Shown here in pieces: positions 11,745 through 31,804 of a DNA stretch of 32,941 nt. The DNA comes from Macrostomum lignano (lineage: Eukaryota). The position numbers and the translations under genes are program-made. Position 1 is the stretch's first letter; every line of letters starts with the position of its first letter. The stretch covers positions 1-32,941 of the forward strand of contig NIVC01000457.1 of NCBI GenBank assembly GCA_002269645.1, in the 5' to 3' direction. The notes under the pieces are model-generated. The model had not been told where the DNA came from and searched no databases. It saw nothing but the letters and a program-made list of their open reading frames with translations.

Positions 11745-14700
11745 GTGTGTGATGTATTGTGGTGTGTGTGATGTAGTGTGGTGTGTCTGCGATGTAGTGT
11801 GGTGTGTGATGTAGTGTGGTGTGTGTGATGTAGTGTGGTGTGTGTGATGTAGTGTGGTGTGTGTGATGTAGTGTGGTGTGTGTGATGTAGTGTGGTGTGT
11901 GTGATGTAGTGTGGTGTGTGTGATGTAGTGTGGTGTGTGTGATGTAGTGTGATGTGTGTGATGTAGTGTAGTGTGTGTGATGTAGTGTGGTGTGTGTGAT
12001 GTAGTGTGGTGTGTGTGATGTAGTGTGGTGTGTGTGATGTAGTGTGGTGTGTGTGATGTAGTGTGATGTGTGTGATGTAGTGTAGTGTGTGTGATGTAGT
12101 GTGGTGTGTGTGTGATGTAGTGTGGTGTGTGTGATGTAGTGTGATGTGTGTGATGTAGTGTGGTGTGTGTGTGTGATGTAGTGTGATGTGTGTGATGTAG
12201 TGTGGTGTGTGTGATGTAGTGTGGTGTGTGTGATGTAGCCTACAGTTGTCTAAATATGGGGTTCTACGAATACTGCATCCAAAGGCCTACGTTGTGTAAG
12301 TATTGGATATAAGGCCTACAGTTTTTTTTAAATGGTATCCTAAGGCCCACAATTGTTTAAATATGGCATCCCAAGGCCCACAATTGTTTAAATATGGCAT
12401 CCCAAGGCCCACAATTGTTTAAATACGGCATCCTAAGGATTACAATTGTTTAAATATGGCATCCTAAGGCCTATAGTTGTTTAAATATGGCACGCCAAGG
12501 CCCACAATTGTTTAAATACGGCATCCCCAAGGCCCACAATTGTTTAAATATGGCATTCCCAAGGCCCACAATTGTTTAAATATGGCATCCTAAGGCCTAC
12601 AGTTGTTTAAATATGGCATCCCAAGGCCCACAATTGTTTAAATATGGCATCCTAAGGCCCACAATTTTTTAAATATGGCATCCTAAGGATTACAATTGTT
12701 TAAATATGGCATCATAAGGCCCACAGTTGTTTAAATATGGCACGCCAAGGCCCACAATTGTTTAAATATGGCATCCTAAGGATTACAATTGTTTAAATAC
12801 GGCATCCCAAGGCCCACAATTGTTTAAATATGGCATCCTAAGGATTACAATTGTTTAAATATGGCATCCTAAGGCCCACAATTGTTTAAATACGGCATCC
12901 CAAGGCCCACAATTGTTTAAATATGGCATCCTAAGGATTACAATTGTTTAAATATGGCATCCTAAGGCCCACAATTGTTTAAATACGGCATCCCAAGGCC
13001 CACAATTGTTTAAATATGGCATCCTAAGGCCTACAGTTGTTTAAATATGGCATCCCAAGGCCCACAATTGTTTAAATATGGCATCCTAAGGCCCACAATT
13101 GTTTAAATATGGCATCCTAAGGCCTACAGTTGTTTAAATATGGCATCCCAAGGCCTACAGTTGTTTAAATATGGCACGCCAAGGCCCACAATTGTTTAAA
13201 TATGGCATCCTAAGGCCTACAGTTGTTTAAATATGGCATCCCAAGGCCCACAATTGTTTAAATATGGCATCCTAAGGCCCACAATTTTTTAAATATGGCA
13301 TCCTAAGGCCTACAGTTGTTTAAATATGGCATCCCAAGGCCTACAGCTGTTTAAATATGGCACGCCAAGGCCCACAATTGTTTAAATATGGCATCCTAAG
13401 GATTACAATTGTTTAAATACGGCATCCCAAGGCCCACAATTGTTTAAATATGGCATCCTAAGGATTACAATTGTTTAAATATGGCATCCTAAGGCCCACA
13501 ATTGTTTAAATACGGCATCCCAAGGCCCACAATTGTTTAAATATGGCATCCTAAGGCCTACAGTTGTTTAAATATGGCATCCCAAGGCCTACAGTTGTTT
13601 AAATATGGCATCCCAAGGCCTACAGTTGTTTAAATATGGCATCCCAAGGCCCACAATTGTTTAAATATGGCATCCTAAGGCCCACAATTGTTTAAATATG
13701 GCATCCTAAGGATTACAATTGTTTAAATATGGCATCCTAAGGCCTACATGTACAGTTGTTTAAATATTGCATCCTAAGGATTACAATTGTTTAAATATGG
13801 CATCCTAAGGCCTACAGTTGTTTAAATATGGCATCCTAAGGATTACAATTGTTTAAATATGGCATCCTAAGGCCCACAATTGTTTAAATATGGCATCCTA
13901 AGGATTACAATTGTTTAAATATGGCATCCTAAGGAATACAATTGTTTAAATATGGCATCCTAAGGATTACAATTGTTTAAATATGGCATCCTAAGGATTA
14001 CAATTGTTTAAATATGGCATCCTAAGGATTACAATTGTTTAAATATGGCATCCTAAGGAATACAATTGTTTAAATATGGCATCCTAAGGATTACAATTGT
14101 TTAAATATGGCATCCTAAGGATTACAATTGTTTAAATATGGCATCCTAAGGAATACAATTGTTTAAATATGGCATCCTAAGGATTACAATTGTTTAAATA
14201 TGGCATCCTAAGGATTACAATTGTTTAAATATGGCATCCTAAGGAATACAATTGTTTAAATATGGCATCCTAAGGATTACAATTGTTTAAATATGGCATC
14301 CTAAGGATTACAATTGTTTAAATATGGCATCCTAAGGATTACAATTGTTTAAATATGGCATCCTAAGGCCTACAGTTGTTTAAATATGGCATCCTAAGGC
14401 CTACAGTTGTTTAAATAAGGCAGCCCAAGGCCTCTTAATAGTTGTCAATCTAAATTCTGGCTCTAAATCTACATAGTTCTGTCAAAATCTGCAAAATCTG
14501 TAACAGAATCTTAACAGATTATACCCAACTGCGATTCAAAGTTCAGCCAGCGAACAATAAAAGTACATTTGATAAAGCTAACGAATCCGTTCTTATTACT
14601 TGGGAAGCATTAATTTTCAGCTCCTATATTTCTACTTCATCTATTGTGTCTGCTCACCAACGCTCGGATGCCAATTCCCTCTCCTGCCTCAGCTTCTATA

Positions 14701-17700
14701 TGAAAGTGCGAGTGCTCAGCATTGTAAAATTGCCTTTTGTCTGATGCCATCCCAGCCAAGCTGACTCTGCGCTGCTCCCTGATTGAATGAATAGCTCTCA
14801 TTCTTTCACTCTGTCTAGATTTACTTTTGCTTTCATCCCTTGACACATCAGATTTTTTTCCTATTGTTCTCGTTAGCCTTGCATCATTTCCAAAGCAACG
14901 TCAATGTTTCAATGTTTTGAAATGCGTGAGAATGCGCAGCTTTCAATCCGTGAGAACCACTCCACCTGAGAATCACTCCATATGAGAATCACTCCATATG
15001 AGAATCACTCCATATGAGAATCACTCCATATGAGAATCACTCCATATGAGAATCACTCCATATGAGAATCACTCCATATGAGAATCACTCCCCGTGAGAA
15101 TCACTCCACTTGAGAATCACTCCATATGAGAATCACTCCATATGAGAATCACTCCATATGAGAATCACTCCCCGTGAGAATCACTCCACTTGAGAATCAC
15201 TCCATGTGAGAATCACTCCACGTGAGAGAATCACCCCACGTGAGAATCACCCCACATCAGAATCACTCCACGTGAGAATCACTCCATGTGAGAATCACTC
15301 CACGTGAGAGAATCACCCCACGTGAGAATCACCCCACGTAAGAATCACTCCACGTGAGAATCACTCCATGTGAGAATCACTCCATATGAGAATCACTCCG
15401 TATGAGAATCACTCCCCGTGAGAATCACTCCATGTGAGAATCACTCCATGGGAGAATCACTCCACGTAAGAATCACTCCATGTGACAATCACTCCATGTG
15501 ACAATCACTCCATGGGACAATCACTCCACGTGACAATCACTCCATGTGAGAATCACTCCATGTGAGAATCACTCCATGTGAGAATCACTCCATGTCAGAA
15601 TCACTCCACGTGAGAATAACCCATTAAGTCATTAGAATCACCCACTGAGTCATGAGAATTACACTGAGACCCTGAGAAATACTACAAAGCACGAATCCTA
15701 ATCTTTACATCCCAGGTGAACCATAGTCCATCATTCAGCACCGATTCTCAGCTTGATCTGGACATCAAATCCGCTTTAATCCTGGACACGCTGCGGCTAG
15801 TCAACATTGGCGCGGTGGACAAGCGCAAAGCGATGGAAGAGGAGCGAAGAAAAGCGCGCGATAGGCTCTTCCAGCGAGGCAGCAGGCGGGAAGGCAGGTA
15901 ATTATACAAATGTAGTGTGGTGTGTGGTGTGAGATGTCTAATTACCGATCATACTCAATTTTTGGTTGTTAATTTCTAAATGGTAAGCCGGTTAAGGATG
16001 AGATTTTTGGGGGGGGGGGAATATGGATTGTTATTGCCTCCAGTCTTCATCCCCCCACGCCCACCACCCCAATCTCTTCCCCCACGCCCACCAACCCATT
16101 CTCTTCCCCCCACGCCCACCACTCCAATCTCTTTCCGAAGTGAAGGGTCTCTTCCCCCCCACCACCCAAACTCTTTCCCCCCGCGCCCACCACCTCAATC
16201 TCATTACCAGCCATGCCCATCACCCCAATCTCTTTCCCCCCACGCCCACCACCCCAATCTCTTCCCCCCCCACGCCCACCACCCCAATCTCTTCCTTCCA
16301 CGCCCACCAGCCCAATCTCTTTCCCCCCACGCCCACCACCCCAATCTCTTTACCCCCACCCCATTACCCTAATCTCATTACCAGCCATGCCACCACCCCA
16401 ATTTCTTTCCCCCCACGCGTACCACCCCAATCTCATTACCAGCCAAGCCACCACCCCAATCTCTTTCCTCCCCACGCGTACCACCCCAATCTCATTACCA
16501 GCCATGTCCACCACCCCAATCTTTTTATCAGCCATGCCCACCACCCAATCTCTTTCCGAGCGAAGGATCTCTTCCCCCGCCACCCAATCTCTTTCCCCCA
16601 CGCCCACCACCCCCATCTCTTTCCCCCCACGCCCAACATCCCAATCTCTTTCCCCCCACGCCCAACATCCCAATCTCTTTCCCCCCACGCCCAACATCCC
16701 AATCTCTTTCCCCCCACGCCCAACATCCCAATCTCTTTCCCCCCTACGCTCGCCACCCCAATCTCTTTACCAGCCATGCCCACCACTTAAATCTCTTCCC
16801 CCGCGCCCACCTCTCTTCAAAGCTCCCACCAAACCGCCGCCGCACACAGAGAAGACACAGAACGCGATTTGGCCCAATCAGCTGAGTCGCTGCGCCGCTA
16901 CGAAGACGCTCACCTGGGCAATTATCGTCGAATCTATCCGCCTCAGGCGGGCCAGGCAGACCGGTACGAGCGCTTTATGACCCAGGCCGGCTCCATCTAT
17001 CACGAGACGGCCGCGGCTCGAGCTCGGGCCGACTGCGCCAGACAATTGCGGCGAGACCTGGAAAGAAAATGGGCCGAGGAGAGAGAGTTTGCTAACAGGC
17101 AGCAGCAGCAGCAGGGTACGGCCAGGCAGAGGCAGACACAACAACAACAACAGCAACAGCAAAAGCAGAAACAGGCAAGGCCGGAGAGTCCAACGGACTC
17201 ACAAGCGTCTGACAGAGTTAAGACGAAGCGAGAGTCTGCGGTGACTCCGTCAATGCAGCAGACGCCGACGCAGCCTCTTCCTCCCAGATCGTTGAGAATG
17301 ACAAAAAGGACTCCGACCAGCTACTCTCTCGCTTCCGAGAGGTCAGATAAATATATATATATCTACATAAATATTATTGAATTTGTTTTTAGCACTACTT
17401 TTCGACTGCAGTAGTATCAATAGTGAATTCTGTTAAATTTTTGTGCACACACTAATTTTTAACTGAACATACGTAATTATGTCTCTCTCATGTCCGGTTT
17501 CTCTATCTAAATAGCTCCGTCTTATCAATGTATCAATCGTCAGTCAAATCTCACTCCACAAATTGTCACTCCATCAATTGTCGCCAGGCCGTCCGCGAGC
17601 GTGCAGAATCCCAGCAGCAGCTTCGAGAGGCCGCGGACACCAGCCGGGCGCAGCCAATCGTGGATGAAGAAGAAATCGAGCGACTGTCCGGTCTGCTGCA

Positions 17701-18796
17701 GCGGGACAACCTGCTGCGCAGCATGGGCATCACCGAGCTGGTGTACCGGATGCTGCACTGCACCCCCGGCACAGTGCCAATGGCAGCGCTGCCTGGCAAT
17801 CAGCAGCTACCAGCGATTGCTTTCAAGAACGGCAGCAGCGGCGGAAAATCGATAATTTCGTCGACCAAGACAGCCGGCGGCGGGCATCGTTCGGCCCGGC
17901 TGCAGCAGCAGCAGATGCTCATGCTCATGCAGCTGCAGCGACAGACCACGGCGCCGGAGATGCCGATGGGACGGACTGGTGAGGGGGGGTGATTATCATT
18001 TCTTAATCAGAAGGTAGCTGGGGGGCGATGGAGGTCCAGGGGGTAGTTGGGGGGGGGGGAGGTCGAGAGGGTAGTTGGGGTCCAGGGGTAGTTGGGGGGC
18101 ATGGAGGTCCAGGGGTAGTTGGGGGGGCGATGGAGGTCGAGAGGGTAGTTGGGGGGCGATGGAGGTCCAGGGGTAGTTGGGGGGGGGCGATGGAGGTCCA
18201 GGGGGTAGTTGGGGGGCGATGGAGGTCCAGGGGGTAGTTGGGGGGCGATGGAGGTCCAGGGGGTAGTTGGGGGGCGATGGAGGTCCAGGGATATCTGGGG
18301 GGATGAAGGTCCAGAAAGTGGCTGCACGATGAAAGATCATAGTTGAAGGGACAGTGGTAGCACGTGCATTATTTTTACTCGTTTTATCCCATTTGCAACA
18401 GCATACATGTACAAAGCTACGATTCCAGGAAGCTCTGGTCGCGGCGCCGCCACCCTGGTCTACCAACGCCAGCCTCATCTGCAGTCCGCCGCCGCCGCCG
18501 CCGCAGCTGCCCCAGCGACCGCAAGCCGGTTGCTACCAGACTTGACACCTCCGATGCAGCCATTGGGGCAGCCACAGCTTCAGCAGCAGCAGCAGCTTGG
18601 AAGCTCGATGACAACGGCACCAACCCAGCTGTCCGTGGTCTCTGCTTCGGCCCCGGTTGCTGCCAGGGCCGCTTCAGCTGATCCTCAGCAGCAGATGTTG
18701 TCGTCATCAAACAGAGCCGGGCGTTCTCAACGATTGCGTCAGAGTGCCGCCGGCGAAACCTTCGAGCGTCAATCAACTGTGCTGACAATGCGATGA
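3059..18796 (+). CDS. TTLL6: Tubulin polyglutamylase TTLL6/TTLL13-like, multi-exon, roughly 920-930 aa; true start unresolved
   Basis: Exons: ~3059/3086-3247 (acidic, start uncertain), 3273-3409, 3544-3584, 3682-3800, 3883-4013, 7786-7942, 9420-9563, 9999-10087, 10322-10547, 15716-15897, 16823 (or 16850)-17341, 17515 (or 17588)-17978, 18402-18796. Exons from 3273 sum to 2604 nt (868 codons). Motifs: KKKRKKR..I..SNCKYDVV, DDWNVFWTD, QKINHFPGMSEICRKD.LARN, KPDAGCQGRGI, KFDLRVYVLV, MHLTNY, CFEILGFDIILD, LEVNHSPSFSTDS, YRRIYP, EIERLSGLLQRDNL. Confidence 0.93.
3801..3882 (+). other. Non-canonical GC-AG intron in TTLL6 (82 nt)
   Basis: CAG|GCAAGA donor and TTTACAG acceptor join KYQ to KINHFPGM exactly in phase 0; read-through hits TAA. 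Confidence 0.85.
4060..4570. repeat. Purine-rich degenerate minisatellite (core GAGATGCAGGGAGAGG)
   Basis: Repeated core interspersed with (AG)n/(AC)n; source of the spurious ORFs at 3891-4579. Confidence 0.85.
5290..7445. repeat. 23-bp satellite (CTAAACCCCGATGAGTTTCCTYT) with higher-order structure
   Basis: Period 23 (e.g. 5401, 5424); about 90 copies. Confidence 0.97.
8020..9020. repeat. 28-bp CpG-rich minisatellite (GATCAATTAGCCCACCACCCCTTCKCGC)
   Basis: Period 28 (8124, 8152); about 35 copies. Confidence 0.95.
9585..9802. repeat. 40-bp minisatellite, about 5.5 copies
   Basis: TTTTGAA recurs at 9612, 9652, 9692, 9732, 9772. Confidence 0.93.
10130..10308. repeat. 24-bp minisatellite (CCACCTCATCCCCATGCCAGGCAC)
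   Basis: About 7 copies, ending about 13 nt before the acceptor at 10321. Confidence 0.93.
10570..11212. repeat. 20/21-bp minisatellite (CTACTCCCTCAGCYACTGAG)
   Basis: About 30 copies, each with a CTCAG-N3-CTGAG dyad. Confidence 0.95.
11702..12236. repeat. (GT)n grading into ~19-bp unit GATGTAGTGTGGTGTGTGT
   Basis: Directly visible. Confidence 0.95.
12237..14432. repeat. 31-bp satellite (ACAATTGTTTAAATATGGCATCCTAAGGATT and variants)
   Basis: About 70 head-to-tail copies, no spacers. Confidence 0.97.
14955..15615. repeat. 16-bp minisatellite (GAGAATCACTCCAYRT)
   Basis: About 40 copies. Confidence 0.95.
16045..16810. repeat. C-rich ~30-bp minisatellite (CCCACGCCCACCACCCCAATCTCTTTCCC)
   Basis: Runs up to the acceptor at 16822; source of the spurious proline-rich ORFs. 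Confidence 0.92.
18018..18305. repeat. G-rich ~30-bp minisatellite (GGGGGCGATGGAGGTCCAGGGGGTAGTTG)
   Basis: About 9 copies in the last TTLL6 intron. Confidence 0.92.
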
Positions 18797-20065
18797 GCTG
18801 AGCAATCCGGGCCAGTCCAAATATTTAATTGTCTATATGCGTATTATAAGAGTTCATAGCTATTTTTGTCTGGCTTATCTTTAGTCCGTCGCTATAATTA
18901 CAATTGCGTACAAGCTTTATTATTCGTGTGTTGTATTTGATTCTATATACGTACAGTTTCCCATGAAACTTCTACACAAATTCAAATGCATTGAAATTTA
19001 ACACAGATACATGTATATTCAATATACGCACTCGTAATTTGACGTGACACAGATTGACGCATTCTGTGTTCTATATTAGTCAGATAATCATATTTCATTT
19101 TAATGCTTTCTACTCCTATTAAATCTGACCTTCAGAAGTTACAAAAATAAAGTCGCGCCGCTGTACATTTTCATGCATTAGATTTTGACCATTTCATGGT
19201 AAACAAACAAAAATATAAAATATCGCTTCATACAATATGTATACATGCACATGCAAACGTTAACGAAAAGCCTTTATATGTAGTCCTTGACTCTAAAAGT
19301 GTCGGTAAATAATATTCTCAATAAAGTACAAACCCTATCATTGTACAACCAATCCCTTGTAGCATATTCGAAAATATTTTCCAGAATGTTCCTACCTAGA
19401 TGTAAAAGTACAAGAAACTTCTAAAAGATGTAAAAGATGTAAAATATTTTCACTTGCACTCGCAAACAAGTACAAGCGTTTGTGTGTACTTGATTATACA
19501 TGTATTTTCACCCGCCCACAAAAATCGAATTTACTAAGGAGGGTTCGTTTGCAGTAAAACTATTTCAACGTAAAATATGCGTTCTTTTGTATCTAGAGCA
19601 GCGCAAATCCACTTAAAAGATAGGAAAGAAGATAAATAAGTTTGAGCATCAATCAGTACAACTGGTTTGTAAGTCTTTAAAACGTCTGAAGAAAAAGTAT
19701 GCCGCTGCATATATATGATAATAGTGCCATTTTGTTAATCTATGAGTTGAAACTTTTTGAGAATTATTTCGTTGCTGTGATGCAAGACTACAAGTAGGCC
19801 ACTTCTAATGTCGCCGGTTTCAAAGTTTTAACGAATCTGCAAACAAAAACAAAAGTAGTGGCAGATGAATTAATATAAGCATTCCGAGATGTTTAAAGCA
19901 AGAATAAATATATAAATACAAGTTTTTATTTATTTAATATACCTTAATACTTCAAATTCAAAAGCTGTTGCTACCTACTACAATGCATATTTTATTTTTG
20001 GTTATTGTTACCTTTTTTCACAGGTATAAAGTTTTACTCAAATCGCAGGGAGATTTCCAAAGTAT

Positions 20066-20239
20066 CAGGGGCGTAGCCAAGGGGGGTAATGGGGGTCATG
20101 ACCCCCGCAGCCGGCTGATCCAGGCCAAATTTTCAGGCCCCTCCCCCGTCGCAGAGGCCTAGCACCCCCTGCCCCTGTTGCCGCTGTGAGCCTGTGACTG
20201 ACTGTGACCCCCCAGAAGGAAATCCTGGCTACGCCACTG
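20066..20239. mobile_element. MITE, hAT-type (174 bp), between TTLL6 and STPG2
   Basis: TIRs CAGGGGCGTAGCCA / TGGCTACGCCACTG (1 mismatch); perfect 8-bp TSD CAAAGTAT at 20058-20065 and 20240-20247; GC-rich island in AT-rich DNA. Confidence 0.9.
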
Positions 20240-21133
20240 CAAAGTATCAAATTTAGACAGGGTATACAGAAGGCATTCTTGACAGTTTCAACTTTTTTAA
20301 CTTCACAATAGTAATATTTTTTAAATGAGGGAGGCATTGGACTTTAGAAACAGAAAAATGGCTTCATATTTGAGTTTGCATTTCCTATAATATGCTATAA
20401 TATTCTCCTTTATATTTTTCTTACTGATGTACAATATAATACCATTCTGATATTTATTATTAATAGTCAAATAAAGGGGCATATTCTTAAAATTCTATTT
20501 ATGGCATCACTAATAAAGCCTTAAAATTAAAATACATACCTTACTCATTTTCTTGTGCAGGTGCAGCACAACCTATGCTCTTGTCAATTTATAAAATTAT
20601 TCAATGCCCATGTAGTATTAAACTCAAGAATAAAATGTTTTTGTGAGTTGAATATACTATGCTCGGTAACAACAATATATTTATTTTCTGAGATATTCCA
20701 ATTTTAATTTCATTGAGAGTTTTTCATTGAGCTGCAATACTTTTGAAATAAAGCAAAGTTCTGTCTGCATATTGAGATGCTTAGAAATTGGAGTCTTAAA
20801 AAATAAATATATAGTAGCGGTGACTCTGTTTTCAGTTGCCAGAAATTTTAAACAATTGTAATCTAGTTTTTGTTTTATGAATAAAATGAAGTGTTATACT
20901 TACGTCAAATTAGATGTTATAAAATAATTTGTATTTTTATGACTTTAGTTTTATAATTTAAAGCAGATTTCAACTATACTTACTGACTAAAATATTCGAG
21001 AAGACGATTTGATCTGCGCCATAAATTATTCATGTGATGCTTCTGATTTTGCATGCGGCCATATACCTTCAAAATTTAAGCTAGATAAGTATTTTCCAAA
21101 GCGCGCCAAAAACTCGCGTAGCCAACGCAGGCA

Positions 21134-28048
<6,915 letters not shown>

Positions 28049-28762
28049 TGAATAGTGGAGAATCGAAAGCTGAACATTTTGAATTTTCATGATAAACAAA
28101 AATTAACAAATCACAACGCACAACAAAAACTTGAATTAACCCATGACATTTTTCTTCAATTAAAAGTCCTTTTATTTTTCTGCGCTTCGCTGGATGTCCG
28201 TAATTTAAAAAAGCCGCTACGAGCTAAAAAGGACGAGAATATTTTTAGTAGTCCATGACGTAATTTTGTTCAAATCGTCGCGGAAATAATAGTAACTTGG
28301 ATTAAATTCACGCCAGATTTTTTTTGAATTCACAGAATTTTTTCGCCCGCGCACAAAAGGCTTTTTGAACAGAAATTCTGGCGTGTGTTTTTGTTTTAAT
28401 AACTTGCTGCGTTTTTACAGGCTTTGTTTTCATGACAATAAATGATTATTACAAGACCGGGCAAACTGCTGTCTTGCTAGCCGGAAAAGAATATTTGTTA
28501 GAGTTTATTTCTGCTTTCAATATTCAACACATTGACTTGGAGACTTCCTTTTTTTACCTATTACCATTCGCCACCAGAACTGCAAAGTTAAGCAAAGTTG
28601 GCCACGGTTAGTTACGCAGTTAGTGCCTGATTTATTGTTTTGAGTCAGTCGTCAAGACAGTCACATTGAGATTGAGTGCAAATTGAACTCACCCTTGCAC
28701 TTGTGACTCGTGCTGTACATGTGAGCATGTGTGTATATATGTGTAAAATATGTGCACACCTT

Positions 28763-29400
28763 CAGGGGCGCCGCCACCGGGGGGGACAGGGGGGGGACAT
28801 GTCCCCCCAGTAAAAACTATGGGGAGGACATGCCAATGCTTTGTCCCCCACCAACCTTGTGACCCGTTATGAAAATCATTAATTTTGCTTCAGGGAGACA
28901 AAACATAGCGCCTGCGGTGCCAAAATGAGTGCCTGCGGTGCCAAAATGAGTGCCTGCGGCGCCAAATTGAGTGCCTGTGGCGTCAAAATGAGTGCCTGTG
29001 GTGCCAAAATGAGTGCCTGCGGTGCCAAAATGAGTGCCTGCGGTGCCAAAATGAGTGCCTGCGGTGCCAAAATGAGTTCCTGCGGTGCCAAAATGAGTGC
29101 CTGCGGTGCCAAAATGAGTGCCTGCGGTGCCAAAATGAGTGCCTGCGGCGTCAAAATGAGTGCCTGCGGTGCCAAAATGAGTGCCTGCGGTGCCAAAATG
29201 AGTGTTTTCGGCACCAAAATGAGTGCCTGCGGTGCCAAAATAAGTGCCTGCGGCGCGAAAATGACTGCCTGCGGCGCCAAAATGAGTGCCTGCGGCGCTA
29301 AAATGAGTGCCTGCGGCGCCAAAATGACTGCCTGCGGTGCCAAAATGACTGCCTGCGGTGCCAAAATGAGTGCCTGCGGTGACGAAAGGATTACCTGCGG
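28763..29400. mobile_element. Probable related non-autonomous element (CAGGGGCG left end) carrying an internal 21-bp array; right end not identified
   Basis: Begins CAGGGGCGCCGCC, then a G-run and the perfect palindrome GGGGGGACATGTCCCCCC (28791-28808), the same layout as the 20066 element. No matching right TIR or TSD seen. Confidence 0.5.
28908..29385. repeat. 21-bp minisatellite (GCCTGCGGTGCCAAAATGAGT)
   Basis: About 22 copies; in-frame period produces three spurious ORFs. Confidence 0.95.
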
Positions 29401-30012
29401 GTGACACCTGTACAAGCACACCTGACGCTCAAGCTGTACAAGATAATCTATTATGTTAACAAGATTATTGGCTCATCCGTACAAGATGATCTATTCATCT
29501 GTACAAGATGCTATATTATCTGTACAAGCTCATAGATGTTTATTTTCAGTTTGAATCAACTGCAAAGAGAGACTTCGACAGTGGCAAAAATTTGAATTAA
29601 CTCCACAAGAAGTCTTGCCTTCACCACGGGCTAAAAATGACGTCTTCATGTACTGCACTAAGCCTATGAGAATGCGCAGAAAAGCTACTTTATTGATTTC
29701 CAATTCACTTGGTGCATAATGATGACCATGATGGTTATGATTATTATTTGGAATTATTTCGAGTGGACTCCAGCACAAAAAAAAGATGGGAAACTTCATC
29801 TGAGCTGCATTTTTGCTGGGGAGGGCGGCCACTTGACTTGAGGACGCGGGGAGCTTAACCCAGTCTGACTTCTCTAGACAGCCTCTGCCGAATCTGTTTG
29901 CGGCCCGAACATGAAGCTCGTTAAAGACTATTTTTTCCCCTGCTCACAAGGAGGAAAAGGGAGGAAAGAGTGAGGAAAATGAGGGCGCGCAGGGGGGAAC
30001 CCGGGACCGTCA

Positions 30013-31531
<1,519 letters not shown>

Positions 31532-31804
31532 GGAGTCCGCTTAAAGCTGCTTAGTTATCCCCGCCGCTGGCCATGCGTTGATCCCCAACAAGGTGATCCG
31601 CTGATTCCTCGGTGTCTGGGTGAAGATTAGCCGAAAGTTACGCCCGCCTCTTACTGCCGGTTTCCTAACTTGAAGAGGGACAAGAAGCTTGAAGAAAATG
31701 TTTTCCTTTTGCTTGCTTGCTGCATCCAGATGTGACGGAGAGCGAGGTTGGAATGGCGATTTTTTGAATGGAGTAAGTTGTGAGAAAGGGGTTGAGAGAG
31801 ATAT

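Noticed and set aside
12237-14432. 31-bp palindromic repeats (also the 23-, 28- and 31/32-bp arrays) as CRISPR arrays
   Set aside because: Units are head-to-tail with no unique spacers, lie in spliceosomal introns, and there are no cas genes.
14590-14900. Minus-strand 69-90 aa open frame (MSRDESKSK...) as a nested gene or transposase remnant
   Set aside because: No recognisable motif or splice context; could be a decayed TE but this is unsupported.
15980-16980. Proline-rich ORFs of up to 255 aa, and the similar ORFs at 17996-18478
   Set aside because: Translations of the C/G-rich minisatellites inside introns; splice phases exclude them.
28817-29421. Three heptad-repeat ORFs (GTHFGTA, ILAPQAL, MSACGAK)
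   Set aside because: A 21-bp unit without stops is open in several frames on both strands; no unique flanking coding sequence.
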